Shown in pieces: positions 10,995-20,808 of a stretch of DNA of 64,000 nucleotides. A program made the translations under genes and the position numbers. The notes under the pieces were generated by a model, which did no database searches, had not been told where the DNA came from, and saw nothing but the letters and a program-made list of their open reading frames with translations. The stretch is from Bacteroidia bacterium (lineage in GTDB: Bacteria > Bacteroidota > Bacteroidia > NS11-12g > UBA955). Positions within the stretch are counted from its first letter, which is position 1. Each line of letters opens with the position of its first letter. The DNA is taken from NCBI GenBank assembly GCA_044357345.1, contig JBIKPR010000005.1, positions 2,933 to 66,932 of the forward strand. The letters are read 5' to 3'.

Positions 10995-12445
10995 TGCTTA
11001 ATCGTGACTATACAATTATATATTCGGCTTTTGTAACCGTCCTGGTATTATTGTTTTTCGTGTTTCTTCAAAGCCAAGGAGTTGAAGGTGGGCTCGATTC
11101 TTGGAACCATTTTCTTATTTCTAAATGTGCTTTTCTTCATCCTGATTTATTGCTTGACCAATGGAACAAACCTTTGTTTACGCTCATAACCGTCTTGATT
11201 TGTCAGCTTGGATTTAATGCTTTAATCATTTTTAATATTTTTTGTGTCGCTACAAGTGGATTGTTTTTGTCTTTAGGATTGAAAAATTTAGGATATAAAA
11301 ACACATGGTCCCTCATCCCTTTAAGTGCTTTTACTCCAATTTTATTTCAAAATACAATTTCAGGGTTAACAGAACCGCTTAATGTTTTATTCCTTTCTTT
11401 GGTTTTTTATTTTTGGTGTAAAGACCAATTGAAATATGCCGTCATTGTTGCGTCTTTTCTTCCATTTGTAAGAACTGAAGGTTTTGTCATTTGCGGTGCT
11501 GTGTTTTTGATGCTTATTATTAGAAAGGATTATAAACTAATTCTTTGGCTGATTTCAGGCAGTGTGGTTATGAATTTAGTTGGTTTTGCAATAACAGGTA
11601 AACCTTTCTGGATTATTACTGAAAATCCATACTGGAAACACGAAACTGAAGGTACTTTTGAAGCAGGTAGCGGCAGCTTTTTCCATTATATAGTTCAAGG
11701 CAGAGCCATTTTCGGTCTTCCCCTAGAAATTGCTTTCGTTTTATCAAATCTGTTCATACTGTATTGTTTTGTTGCAAAAAAGAAAATTCAAAATGTGGTT
11801 TTATTATCGGTTTTAGTTTTTTGGTTTTACTTCCTTGCCCACACCACAATTTATTATTTAGGAATTCTTGGTTCGCATGGACTTACACGTGTAATGGCAG
11901 TAATAGCACCTCCCTTAGCAATTCTAAGCTTTTATGTATTGAATGAGTTACAAGGTCTTTTTAAGATAAATCCTAAATTTCATTTTATTCCAGTAGGTCT
12001 TTTTGCCTTAACTGTCGTATGGACGGGATACCACGAATCTGATTATGCAAAACCACACCGCTTTTCTGAAGCCACTGTGAAAGCAGATAAAACCCAAAAG
12101 AATTTTATAAAAGCAGGAGAGTGGCTTATTGAAAATAAATTGATGAATAGACCTATCATACATCAATCGCCATATTTCGATGTAAGATTCAACAAAGATC
12201 CATACAATATTCAATCGTCCTACCGCGTGTGGTCTATCGATCAAAAAAACGACTGGGCAGCAAAGGGTGTTGTAGTAATCTGGGATGGGTTTTCAGCAGT
12301 GCGCGAAGGGAATACGAAACTGGATTGGTTAATCAACAATCCAAACTATACACTTTTACATACCATTGATGGATTTGAAAAACCAGAATACGATTCTACA
12401 ATGTATAAGATTTGTATTTTTGAAAAGATTAATAGCCCGCAGTAA
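10994..12445 (+). CDS. polytopic membrane protein, possibly GT39/ArnT-like glycosyltransferase
   Basis: About 10 predicted TM helices followed by a soluble C-terminal domain. The architecture resembles the second ~480-aa membrane protein at 33533-34981. Function not established. Confidence 0.5.
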   Translation: MLNRDYTIIYSAFVTVLVLLFFVFLQSQGVEGGLDSWNHFLISKCAFLHPDLLLDQWNKPLFTLITVLICQLGFNALIIFNIFCVATSGLFLSLGLKNLGYKNTWSLIPLSAFTPILFQNTISGLTEPLNVLFLSLVFYFWCKDQLKYAVIVASFLPFVRTEGFVICGAVFLMLIIRKDYKLILWLISGSVVMNLVGFAITGKPFWIITENPYWKHETEGTFEAGSGSFFHYIVQGRAIFGLPLEIAFVLSNLFILYCFVAKKKIQNVVLLSVLVFWFYFLAHTTIYYLGILGSHGLTRVMAVIAPPLAILSFYVLNELQGLFKINPKFHFIPVGLFALTVVWTGYHESDYAKPHRFSEATVKADKTQKNFIKAGEWLIENKLMNRPIIHQSPYFDVRFNKDPYNIQSSYRVWSIDQKNDWAAKGVVVIWDGFSAVREGNTKLDWLINNPNYTLLHTIDGFEKPEYDSTMYKICIFEKINSPQ

Positions 12446-12453
12446 TTAAGCAA

Positions 12454-13278
12454 TTAAATGCCAAACAAATCGGCATGGATTTTATAGGTTTGACTAAACC
12501 CATAATTCTTGTCTTTATAACTTTCAACCCATGCAATGCCTCTAGTTGCATTGGAAATAAAAATCTCTTCGGCCATAATTAAATCATCTTCTGTTACAAC
12601 TGTTTCACGAATATGGTAGCCCAAATTCCTTAATTTGTCTAAAATATACTGACGCATAACGCCATCTAAACAATATTCGCTTAAAGACGGTGTTAATACC
12701 TCATCTCCACTAATTATAAAAATATTGGCGTTAAAGACTTCTGCAACATTGCCTTGTTCATTGAATAATAAGACTGTATCGAATTGGTTTTCTGTTGCAT
12801 AGATGCCTGCCAATACGTAATGCATAGCAGATAATGGTTTAAAAAAACTCAAAAAATTAGATGGTTTTAAAATCAAACCATAAGCACCAAGCTTTAGCCC
12901 CACATCATTGATGGGGTAATTGGCTTTAGCTTCTGTCATCTCAATTAAAAAACAACATTTATTTCTTTGTGGAGCATAAAAGCCTTCGCATTCTCTATAG
13001 AAAACAATGCGGCATCTGGCATTAACCCATCCGTTTTTTAAACACAACAATTCAATTTGGTCTTCAAAGTATTGTTGAGTCCACCTTTCGTTCATAGGTA
13101 AATGAAAAAAAGTGGATGCCCGCAATATCCTTTGATAATGTAAATCAAATAATTGTGCACGTTTATTAACCACCTTGATGCTCTCAAAGAATCCATCTCC
13201 ATATTTGTAAATACGGCTGTGTGAATTAAAGATCTTATCATCGGCGTCGGTTAATACACCTTGAAAACTGATCAACAT
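12454..13278 (-). CDS. aminotransferase class IV (aminodeoxychorismate lyase / D-amino-acid aminotransferase family)
   Basis: Family-typical N-terminus (YKYGDGFFESIKV) and later blocks (NIFIISGDEVLTP...CLDGVMRQ). Confidence 0.7.
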   Translation of the reverse strand: MLISFQGVLTDADDKIFNSHSRIYKYGDGFFESIKVVNKRAQLFDLHYQRILRASTFFHLPMNERWTQQYFEDQIELLCLKNGWVNARCRIVFYRECEGFYAPQRNKCCFLIEMTEAKANYPINDVGLKLGAYGLILKPSNFLSFFKPLSAMHYVLAGIYATENQFDTVLLFNEQGNVAEVFNANIFIISGDEVLTPSLSEYCLDGVMRQYILDKLRNLGYHIRETVVTEDDLIMAEEIFISNATRGIAWVESYKDKNYGFSQTYKIHADLFGI

Positions 13279-13338
13279 GGTTGCAATATACTAAGTTTTT
13301 TGAAATCCGAACTAATAATTTATATTTGTATACATTCT

Positions 13339-16300
13339 ATGCTCAAAAAAGTACCTGCATTTGTTTTTATATTCTTTTCTCTTCATTATTCTATAGCTCA
13401 AAGCACTCAAGACACCATCAACAATCCCTATTGGATTGACATGATGCAAAATCAATCACTTAGTGTCTACCAAACACAAAGGGCCTTCAATCTTTACTGG
13501 AGCAATAAAACAATCGATAAAGGCAGCGGTTGGAAAGCCTTTAAACGATGGGAGTATTTATCTCTAAAATTGGTCGACAGTTTAGGCTTCTTTCCTAATC
13601 AAGGTTTTCAATACCAAGATTTTTTAAATAAAATTGATGCAGACAACAAACTCTGGGATGTCGTTGTTCCTGGACTTGGACCTGGTTCTGCACCTTGCAA
13701 AAATCAAGGCAATTGGAAATCAATAGGGCCTAACTCTTTGCCTATAAATAATACAGGACAAATGAATGGAATGGGACGCGTTAATGCAATTGCTTTGCAC
13801 CCAACAGACACCAATACGATGTTTATTGGTTCTGCTGCTGGAGGGATTTGGAAGTCCAACGATGGTGGTATTTCATGGAGTGTTAACTCAGATTCATTGC
13901 CAACTTTAGGCGTTTCAGCAATTGCCATTAATCCTTTAAATCCTAGTGTTATGTATTTTGGTTCTGGTGACCGTGATGCAGGTGATGCCGCTGGATTTGG
14001 TGTATTTAAAAGTTCCAACGCAGGTTCTTCTTGGTCAATTTCTAACAACGGAATGGGAAATAGAAAAGTAGCAAAATTGATTATTGACCCCAACAATGTT
14101 AATGTTTTAATTGCGGCTACTGACAATGGCATATATAGATCAACAAACGCAGGTGCTAATTGGACCCAAACATTTAATGGGGGTTTCTTTAAAGACCTCA
14201 TTTTTAAACCTAATAATTCAAAAGTTGTTTACGCGACCAAAGATGCCTTGTTTTACCGCTCCATCGACAATGGTGTAAACTGGACCAATCTCAGCAATGG
14301 ATTGCCAACAAACTCAATATCTCGGGGCATTATTGAAGTCAATGCAAGAGACCCTAAGATGGTTTATTTTTGGATTTCTAGTGGAAGCGTTCATAAAGGT
14401 ATTTATTTATCGAGAGATAGTGGTTCAACGTTCAAAACCCAATCAACTACGCCTAATATACACGATTACTCTACAAATGGCAGTGGCACTTCTGGGCAAG
14501 CTTGGTATAACATGGATATGGTCTCTGACCCAAGCAATCAAGCAATCCTTTATTGCGGAGGCGTCAATGTTTTTAAATCTATAGATACAGGAAAAACATG
14601 GACCATTGCTGGGTATTGGGTAAATCAAATTCATGCTGACCAACATGAATTGGTCGCAAGCCCTATTACCAATAGGATTTTTGCAGGCAATGATGGTGGT
14701 TTATATGCTTCAAGAAATAAAGGAAGTTCTTGGATACCAATTGGTAGTGGAATCGGAATTGCACAAATTTATAAAATGGGTGCAGCAAGAAATGTGAAAA
14801 ATATCCTTATCAACGGCTACCAAGATAATGGAACTGCAAACTACAATAAAAATTGGTATACCACTTATGGTGGCGATGGTATGGATTGTGAAATTGACCA
14901 AACAGATTCAAGGTATAGTTACGGTGAACTGTATTATGGTAGTATATTTAGGGTTTTTAATGTCAACGCTCAAGCCACCATCGCTAACAATGGATACAAG
15001 GCCGCTGGAAGTGATACCATCAACGAATCTGGTGCTTGGGTAACCCCTTTTACGCTTAGAGAAGGTTATGGAAATACAATGTATGTGGGTTACAAAAATA
15101 TTTGGAGAAGCAATACTATAAAAAATTCTACCGTTACCTGGAAAAAAATATCCAATAATTTAGGTGGTGTAAATACCAACGACTTTAATGAAATAGAAAG
15201 CAATATCGCAAACTCAGATATCTTATATGCAGCCCGTTCAAATGGTTCTCTTTTCAGAAGTGATAATGTTAATGCGAATACGCCAACTTGGTCGACCATT
15301 ACTTTACCTATCTCAGGACTTGTAAATGCCATTGAAACCGACCCCAGAAATCAAAACAGTGTCTATATTGCTATTGGAAACAAAGTCTTTAAATCGTCTA
15401 ATAAAGGGGTGAATTGGACACAGGTACTCAGTAATTTTTCTTATAATGTATCTTCAATATTATTGGATACTTCTAATAAAAAACGAGGTATTTACGTTGC
15501 CACAATGGGTGGAGGTGTTTGGTATACAGATACCACTCAAAATTCGTGGCGTTATTTTAGCAAAGGACTTCCAAATACCGTTAATGTGACCGACTTAGAA
15601 ATGTATTATGAACCAAATAAATCATGCAATTGCAATATTCTTTACGGATCAACTTACAATAGAGGAAATTACTACACAACGATTTTTAATGATGGCACCC
15701 AAAAACCTGTTGCTCTTTTGGATCCTTATGATACAGTCGTTTGCAAATCCGCAATACTTAGTTTCAACAGTAAATCTTGCAACAATCCAACCCGTTTTAA
15801 ATGGTCTTTCTCTCCCTCAACATATTTGTATTTAAATTCAAATGATTCTACAACAGAAAATCCGTCAATTAAGTTTACCAATCCTGGAATTTATAAATAT
15901 AATTTTATGGCCGAGAATTGCAACGGAATAGATACTGTGGCTGGATTTATTACAGTGGCAGATACATCAAAAAGGGCTTGTATTCCTACAACCAATAACA
16001 ACTTCGGTGGATTGGGGATTTTCAATGTGAGCATAGCAAATATAAACAGATCATCCGGCGATAGAACCCAAGAGGGTCCATATGTTGATGTTTCTTGTTC
16101 CAATTTAATAAAAGTAAAAAGAGGTAAAAAATATGCCTTAAAAGTGATTACTGGTCAATACAACAATGAACAAGTAAAAGCTTTTATTGATTTCAACAAC
16201 AATGGATTGCTAAGCGATGCAGGGGAGTTGGTGTACCAGCCTGTTGCGGGATTAATTAACCACCTAGATACCATCACTATTCCTCAAAATACTATGATAG

Positions 16301-18681
16301 GAACTATTTTAAGAATGAGGATTCGTAGCGATTTTAATAGTATAGGGACCAATCCTTGCAGCAACTTAAATTATGGACAAACCGAAGATTATGGATTGTA
16401 TATCGAACCTGAATTGATTCCCAAATTTATTGCCAATAAACCTAAAGTATGTCCCAAAACAAGTATTGTTTTTAGTGATTCCAGCAATTTACCAGGCATC
16501 AAATACCAATGGACCTTTGGTTCTGGTGCAATACCCTCAACCGCAATTGGGATAGGACCACATACTGTGTATTATAATAGTTCAGGATATAAATCGGTTA
16601 TCTTAACCATTGATGGAAAGCAAACGAAAAAAGACAGCGCTGTATTTATTTACAAAGCACCCAATATGGAAATATCATGGATTAAAGGCGATTCGTCATT
16701 ATGCGTTGGAAAATCATTTGTCTTAAAGGCAAACGATTTAAATACCTCAGGTGCAACCTACCAATGGCAACATAATTCAATAAATAAAAAAGATTCAACT
16801 TTGCTCTATTATAGAATTGCAGCAAGCACTTTTTCTGATAGTGGATCATATTCTATCATTGCAAGCAATCAATGTAAAGATACTGCTTCGGTATATTTAA
16901 AGATTAGACCGAAACCGATCATAGGTCTTTCTGTTAACGATAGTACCCAATGTTTTAATGGACATTCATTTGCGCTGAAAAATCTTACAACAATAAGCAA
17001 TTCAAGTTATAAAAATGTGTGGAAGTACAGTGATAATTCTAAAGATTCAAATATAAATTCCAATCATATATTCAATGGAATAGGGAAGTATGCAGTCAAA
17101 CTCATCTGTTTTACGCCGTTTGCTTGCTCCGATTCAATGACCCAATCATTAGAAGTTTATGAAAGTCCAAAAGCTAAATTTTCTGTTTCTCCAATGGAAC
17201 AGTGTTTTAAAGCCAATTCTTTTGCATTTTCGAATTTAAGTACATCAAATTCAGGAGTATTCGCATCGCATTGGACTATGGGAGACGGAAGCACTTCTAA
17301 TGTGTTTTCTCCTTCAAATAAAACCTTTAAAGTATTTGATTCAATATATATTTTAAAGCTCGTATTAAAAACTGCCAATCTATGCACCGATTCCATTCAG
17401 AATAAGATAAAATTATGGCCACAAACCAATTTGCAAATTGCTTTAAATGATTCAGTACAATGTTATAATCAAAATAAATTCATGATTTCTGACAACAGCA
17501 TTATTTCTGCAGGAAATTATTCAATTCAATGGAATATGGGCGATGGTAATTTGAAGTCCGGAAATTCGATTTCTTACTCATATGCCACGAAAGGCAGCTA
17601 TGTGATTAATCTGAATTCGGTAAGCGATAAATTCTGTAGAGATACACTAAAAAGAAAACTGATTGTTCTTGAATCTCCGAAAGTTGATTTTGATATTAAT
17701 GATACAATTCAATGTTTAACTTATAATGTATTTGAATTGGATGATAAAACGATTTCAAGTTTAAATTATACTAGAAAATGGTACCATCCTAAGCTGTCAA
17801 TCAATCAGGGTATCAAAGAGGTATTTTCAAGTTTAGATACTGGTTTCAATTCTCTGAGCTTGTATGTTTTAAACAATGCCTCTTGCTTTGATTCAATTAG
17901 TAAAAGAGTTTATGTTGCACCAATGCCTGTATTTGAAGTTCTAGGTCCTAGGGAAATTTGCAAATATGATTCTGTTTTGTTAAGTATTAATGGTGCTTCA
18001 ACCAATACATACGATTGGAAAGTGAACAATACCCCAACGAACAAAGGTCTGAATTTTGTATTCCAAGGGCAAAATTCTGGCTTTAGTAATTTTGAAGTAA
18101 TTGCCACAAGTCCCTATAAATGTGTAAGCACTAAAGTTTTGCAAAATTTCATATTTGTGAACGATTTGCCAAGCGTCGACTTCTCAGATTCTGTTAGTTA
18201 CCAAGACCCTTTTTTAATGCTTACATTTAAAGATAAGTCTAAGAATTCAACGGTGACTAGAAATTGGGTTTTTTCAAATGGTTATGTAGGTTCCAATCAA
18301 TCTGAATCTTTTGCAATAAATGATTCAACAGTATTGAATGCGAAGTTGATGATTGTAGATACCAATAATTGCAAAGCTGAAATTTCTAAAAACTTGTTTT
18401 ATAAAGTTCCGCATTATATCCCAAATGCATTTACACCCAATCTTGATGGGAAAAATGATGTTTTTAGAATTTATGGGCTTTATAAATATAAAACCTTTTC
18501 AATGAAGATATACAACCGTTGGGGAGAACTAATGTTTTACAGCAATGATCCAAAGAATGGATGGAATGGTCATTTTATGGGTGAAATAGTGCCAACAGGA
18601 CATTATCTTTACAGCATAGAATTTGAGAATCCAGAAGGTTCGAAAATTATTGAAAACGGAACTATACTTTTAATTAGATAA
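13339..18681 (+). CDS. giant surface protein: BNR/Asp-box propeller region + GEVED-like domain + multiple PKD-like repeats + T9SS type B (gliding-associated, CHU_C) C-terminal domain
   Basis: Repeated SxDxGxxW Asp-boxes (SNDGGISWS, SSNAGSSWS, STNAGANWT, SIDNGVNWT, SIDTGKTWT, SRNKGSSWI, SSNKGVNWT). GEVED-like GQTEDYGLYI. Repeated W.FGDG/W.MGDG PKD blocks. C-terminus IPNAFTPNLDGKNDVFRI...YNRWGELMF...GWNG...GHYLYSIEF. I moved the start to ATG 13339 (MLKKVPAFVFIFFSLHYSIAQ signal peptide), because the track start at 13261 overlaps the divergent gene. Confidence 0.8.
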   Translation: MLKKVPAFVFIFFSLHYSIAQSTQDTINNPYWIDMMQNQSLSVYQTQRAFNLYWSNKTIDKGSGWKAFKRWEYLSLKLVDSLGFFPNQGFQYQDFLNKIDADNKLWDVVVPGLGPGSAPCKNQGNWKSIGPNSLPINNTGQMNGMGRVNAIALHPTDTNTMFIGSAAGGIWKSNDGGISWSVNSDSLPTLGVSAIAINPLNPSVMYFGSGDRDAGDAAGFGVFKSSNAGSSWSISNNGMGNRKVAKLIIDPNNVNVLIAATDNGIYRSTNAGANWTQTFNGGFFKDLIFKPNNSKVVYATKDALFYRSIDNGVNWTNLSNGLPTNSISRGIIEVNARDPKMVYFWISSGSVHKGIYLSRDSGSTFKTQSTTPNIHDYSTNGSGTSGQAWYNMDMVSDPSNQAILYCGGVNVFKSIDTGKTWTIAGYWVNQIHADQHELVASPITNRIFAGNDGGLYASRNKGSSWIPIGSGIGIAQIYKMGAARNVKNILINGYQDNGTANYNKNWYTTYGGDGMDCEIDQTDSRYSYGELYYGSIFRVFNVNAQATIANNGYKAAGSDTINESGAWVTPFTLREGYGNTMYVGYKNIWRSNTIKNSTVTWKKISNNLGGVNTNDFNEIESNIANSDILYAARSNGSLFRSDNVNANTPTWSTITLPISGLVNAIETDPRNQNSVYIAIGNKVFKSSNKGVNWTQVLSNFSYNVSSILLDTSNKKRGIYVATMGGGVWYTDTTQNSWRYFSKGLPNTVNVTDLEMYYEPNKSCNCNILYGSTYNRGNYYTTIFNDGTQKPVALLDPYDTVVCKSAILSFNSKSCNNPTRFKWSFSPSTYLYLNSNDSTTENPSIKFTNPGIYKYNFMAENCNGIDTVAGFITVADTSKRACIPTTNNNFGGLGIFNVSIANINRSSGDRTQEGPYVDVSCSNLIKVKRGKKYALKVITGQYNNEQVKAFIDFNNNGLLSDAGELVYQPVAGLINHLDTITIPQNTMIGTILRMRIRSDFNSIGTNPCSNLNYGQTEDYGLYIEPELIPKFIANKPKVCPKTSIVFSDSSNLPGIKYQWTFGSGAIPSTAIGIGPHTVYYNSSGYKSVILTIDGKQTKKDSAVFIYKAPNMEISWIKGDSSLCVGKSFVLKANDLNTSGATYQWQHNSINKKDSTLLYYRIAASTFSDSGSYSIIASNQCKDTASVYLKIRPKPIIGLSVNDSTQCFNGHSFALKNLTTISNSSYKNVWKYSDNSKDSNINSNHIFNGIGKYAVKLICFTPFACSDSMTQSLEVYESPKAKFSVSPMEQCFKANSFAFSNLSTSNSGVFASHWTMGDGSTSNVFSPSNKTFKVFDSIYILKLVLKTANLCTDSIQNKIKLWPQTNLQIALNDSVQCYNQNKFMISDNSIISAGNYSIQWNMGDGNLKSGNSISYSYATKGSYVINLNSVSDKFCRDTLKRKLIVLESPKVDFDINDTIQCLTYNVFELDDKTISSLNYTRKWYHPKLSINQGIKEVFSSLDTGFNSLSLYVLNNASCFDSISKRVYVAPMPVFEVLGPREICKYDSVLLSINGASTNTYDWKVNNTPTNKGLNFVFQGQNSGFSNFEVIATSPYKCVSTKVLQNFIFVNDLPSVDFSDSVSYQDPFLMLTFKDKSKNSTVTRNWVFSNGYVGSNQSESFAINDSTVLNAKLMIVDTNNCKAEISKNLFYKVPHYIPNAFTPNLDGKNDVFRIYGLYKYKTFSMKIYNRWGELMFYSNDPKNGWNGHFMGEIVPTGHYLYSIEFENPEGSKIIENGTILLIR

Positions 18682-18685
18682 ATAA

Positions 18686-18907
18686 ATGCAAGGACCTGAT
18701 CCCAATATTTTGCTTAAGTTAATGGAAATGAAAATGCCTTTTGGCAAATACAAAGGAACCATTATTTGTGATTTACCAGTATCTTATTTAGAATGGTTTA
18801 GCAGTAAGGGTTTTCCTGAAGGCCAATTAGGAATGTTGTTGAGAACCATTCACGAAATAAAAGTCAATGGACTTGAATACCTTCTAAAGCCCTTGAGAAA
18901 TAGATGA
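18686..18907 (+). CDS. DUF3820-like small protein (ExoX C-terminal-like motif)
   Basis: MPFGKYKGTIICDLPVSYLEWFSSKGFPEGQLG matches my recollection of the DUF3820 family signature. Confidence 0.6.
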   Translation: MQGPDPNILLKLMEMKMPFGKYKGTIICDLPVSYLEWFSSKGFPEGQLGMLLRTIHEIKVNGLEYLLKPLRNR

Positions 18908-18908
18908 T

Positions 18909-19280
18909 TTATTGCGCTGTGCGTAACAAGAAGTACACAGAATCCTCATGCATTTTTAATTCGTATTTGGATAAAATATCCATTTTGAAATGCCGAACTG
19001 TGTCTGGAGATGAATAATATAAATGTAAAGTGTGTTCTGAATAGGTCCACTTTCCTTTCATTTGTTTTTTCACAGATTCAATATTGTATTCAAAAGTGCT
19101 ATCTGATTTTACATTTAAATGGTCATTATCCATTACTTCAATAATGTCTTTGCCATTTTTTTGAATATGAATGTACTTCCAGTTACCAATTAAAAAATCT
19201 GTCTCAGTCTTTTGATGACAAGATACAATAGCAATTGTGAATATTGCTAATAAGACTTTATTTACGCTGATCGATTTCAT
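18909..19280 (-). CDS. hypothetical lipoprotein (lipocalin-like size)
   Basis: Signal peptide plus Cys (LLAIFTIAIVSC), 123 aa, overlapping the upstream gene end by 23 nt. Confidence 0.5.
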   Translation of the reverse strand: MKSISVNKVLLAIFTIAIVSCHQKTETDFLIGNWKYIHIQKNGKDIIEVMDNDHLNVKSDSTFEYNIESVKKQMKGKWTYSEHTLHLYYSSPDTVRHFKMDILSKYELKMHEDSVYFLLRTAQ

Positions 19281-19851
19281 CGCGAATTTGTGCAGCTTTC
19301 ATATAATCTTCATTTCTTAAAGCTTCGTCTAAAAGGGCTTCCAGTTCTTCAAGTGATTTACCTTTAAAGGCATCATGAACAGATTTTTCACCAATGTGTG
19401 TGATATCATCACCATCATCGCGACCTGGTTTTTGAATTTCATTTTCTTCAATGTCAATTCCAGCTTCTTCTAAAATGGCTTCAGTTGTGAAAATTGGACA
19501 ATTAAATCTTACAGCAATTGCAATTGCATCGCTGGTTCTGCAATCAATATTTATTTTTTCATCTGTGTTTTCAACAATAAGGGACGCATAAAAAACACCC
19601 TCTTTTAATTGGTGAATAAAAACCTCACTTATTGTAAAACCTAGTTTTTTCGCAAAGACTAAAAATAAATCATGCGTCAAGGGACGGTCTGTATTGATTC
19701 CTTCTAACGGTATTGCAATGGCTTGAGCCTCGAATTGTCCGACTATTATCGGCAATTTACGGTCACCATCAATCTCCGCTAATATAAGGCTATACGAGCC
19801 TTTTATTTGCGAAGGTGCAATGCCATAGATATCCAATTCGATTTTTTTCAA
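19258..19851 (-). CDS. bifunctional nuclease family protein (DUF151) with C-terminal UVR motif
   Basis: N-terminal block (SYSLILAEIDGDRKLPIIVGQFEAQAIA...RPLTHDL) typical of BFN/DUF151. C-terminal LEELEALLDEALRNEDYMKAAQIRDEI is a UvrB/UvrC-type UVR motif. Confidence 0.75.
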   Translation of the reverse strand: MKKIELDIYGIAPSQIKGSYSLILAEIDGDRKLPIIVGQFEAQAIAIPLEGINTDRPLTHDLFLVFAKKLGFTISEVFIHQLKEGVFYASLIVENTDEKINIDCRTSDAIAIAVRFNCPIFTTEAILEEAGIDIEENEIQKPGRDDGDDITHIGEKSVHDAFKGKSLEELEALLDEALRNEDYMKAAQIRDEIDQRK

Positions 19852-19868
19852 AGTATGAAAAAATAAAT

Positions 19869-20807
19869 TTAGTTGTTTTTAACTGCTTGTATTAATTGTG
19901 GTAATATTTCAAATGCATCACCAACAATGCCATAGTCTGCCGCTTTAAAAAATGGTGCTTCTGGGTCTTTGTTAATTGCAACAATAACTTTACTGCTACT
20001 TACACCTGCTAGATGCTGAATAGCTCCTGAAATACCAATCGCAATATATAAATTCGGTTTAATGGTTATACCTGTTTGACCAACGTGCTCACCGTGTGGT
20101 CTCCAACCCATATCACTCACTGGTTTTGAACAAGCTGTAGCTGCTCCTAATAAATCTGCCAGCTCCTCAACCATTCCCCAATTCTCAGGTCCTTTCATTC
20201 CTCTTCCTGCTGAAACTACAACCTCTGCTTCGGTCAATGGAATTTTTCCTGCTGCTTTGGAAGTTGAGAGAATTTGTGTGGCAGCAATTACTTGCTCAGC
20301 ACTCGTGTTTTCAATTGAAATGCTTTGATTGTTTTCAATCAATTCAGTGCTATTGGGTGTTATTGCAACAATCTTATTCGTCTTTTCTAACTTAACATAG
20401 GCAAACCCTTTTCCTGAAAAAACACCACGTTTCACTGTAAATCCATTTGACATTTCTGGATAAGCAATTACATTTGTTGCAAGAGATGCATTCATTCCAA
20501 CTGCAATTCTTGGCGCAATTGATTTTGCCTCATAGGTATTTGCTATTACCAATGTTTCTATTCCTGCTTGTAAAATTGCTTTTGCTAATGCATTTGAGTA
20601 TGCTTGAGAATCAAATGAATTTAATCCTTCAATTACAATTAATTTATTTACACCGTATTTGGCCAATTTATCAGCTTCTCCATCGTTTGGTTTGCCAACA
20701 CAAATTGCGGTTACAGGGCCATTTTGGATTTTCGAAGCATATGATGCAGCTTCTAAAACTGATTTTTTAAAGATTCCTTCTGAATTTTCTGCGTATATTC
20801 CAGTCAT
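19869..20807 (-). CDS. etfA: electron transfer flavoprotein subunit alpha
   Basis: C-terminal FAD-binding signature (PNLYIAIGISGAIQHLAG). Lies directly downstream of etfB. Confidence 0.9.
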   Translation of the reverse strand: MTGIYAENSEGIFKKSVLEAASYASKIQNGPVTAICVGKPNDGEADKLAKYGVNKLIVIEGLNSFDSQAYSNALAKAILQAGIETLVIANTYEAKSIAPRIAVGMNASLATNVIAYPEMSNGFTVKRGVFSGKGFAYVKLEKTNKIVAITPNSTELIENNQSISIENTSAEQVIAATQILSTSKAAGKIPLTEAEVVVSAGRGMKGPENWGMVEELADLLGAATACSKPVSDMGWRPHGEHVGQTGITIKPNLYIAIGISGAIQHLAGVSSSKVIVAINKDPEAPFFKAADYGIVGDAFEILPQLIQAVKNN

Positions 20808-20808
20808 A

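Noticed and set aside
13261-13338. Track-predicted N-terminal extension of the giant protein (MKTDQHGCNILSFLK...).
   Set aside because: It overlaps the divergent aminotransferase gene start. The Met at 13339 is immediately followed by a canonical signal peptide.
13704-14201. 165-aa ORF antisense to the giant surface-protein gene. Similar nested antisense ORFs occur at 23397-23867, 49728-50129, 51543-51953, 20447-20770 and 48249-48596.
   Set aside because: Each lies entirely within a longer gene on the opposite strand whose protein has clear family motifs. The translations are low-complexity with no recognisable motifs, so these are typical shadow ORFs.
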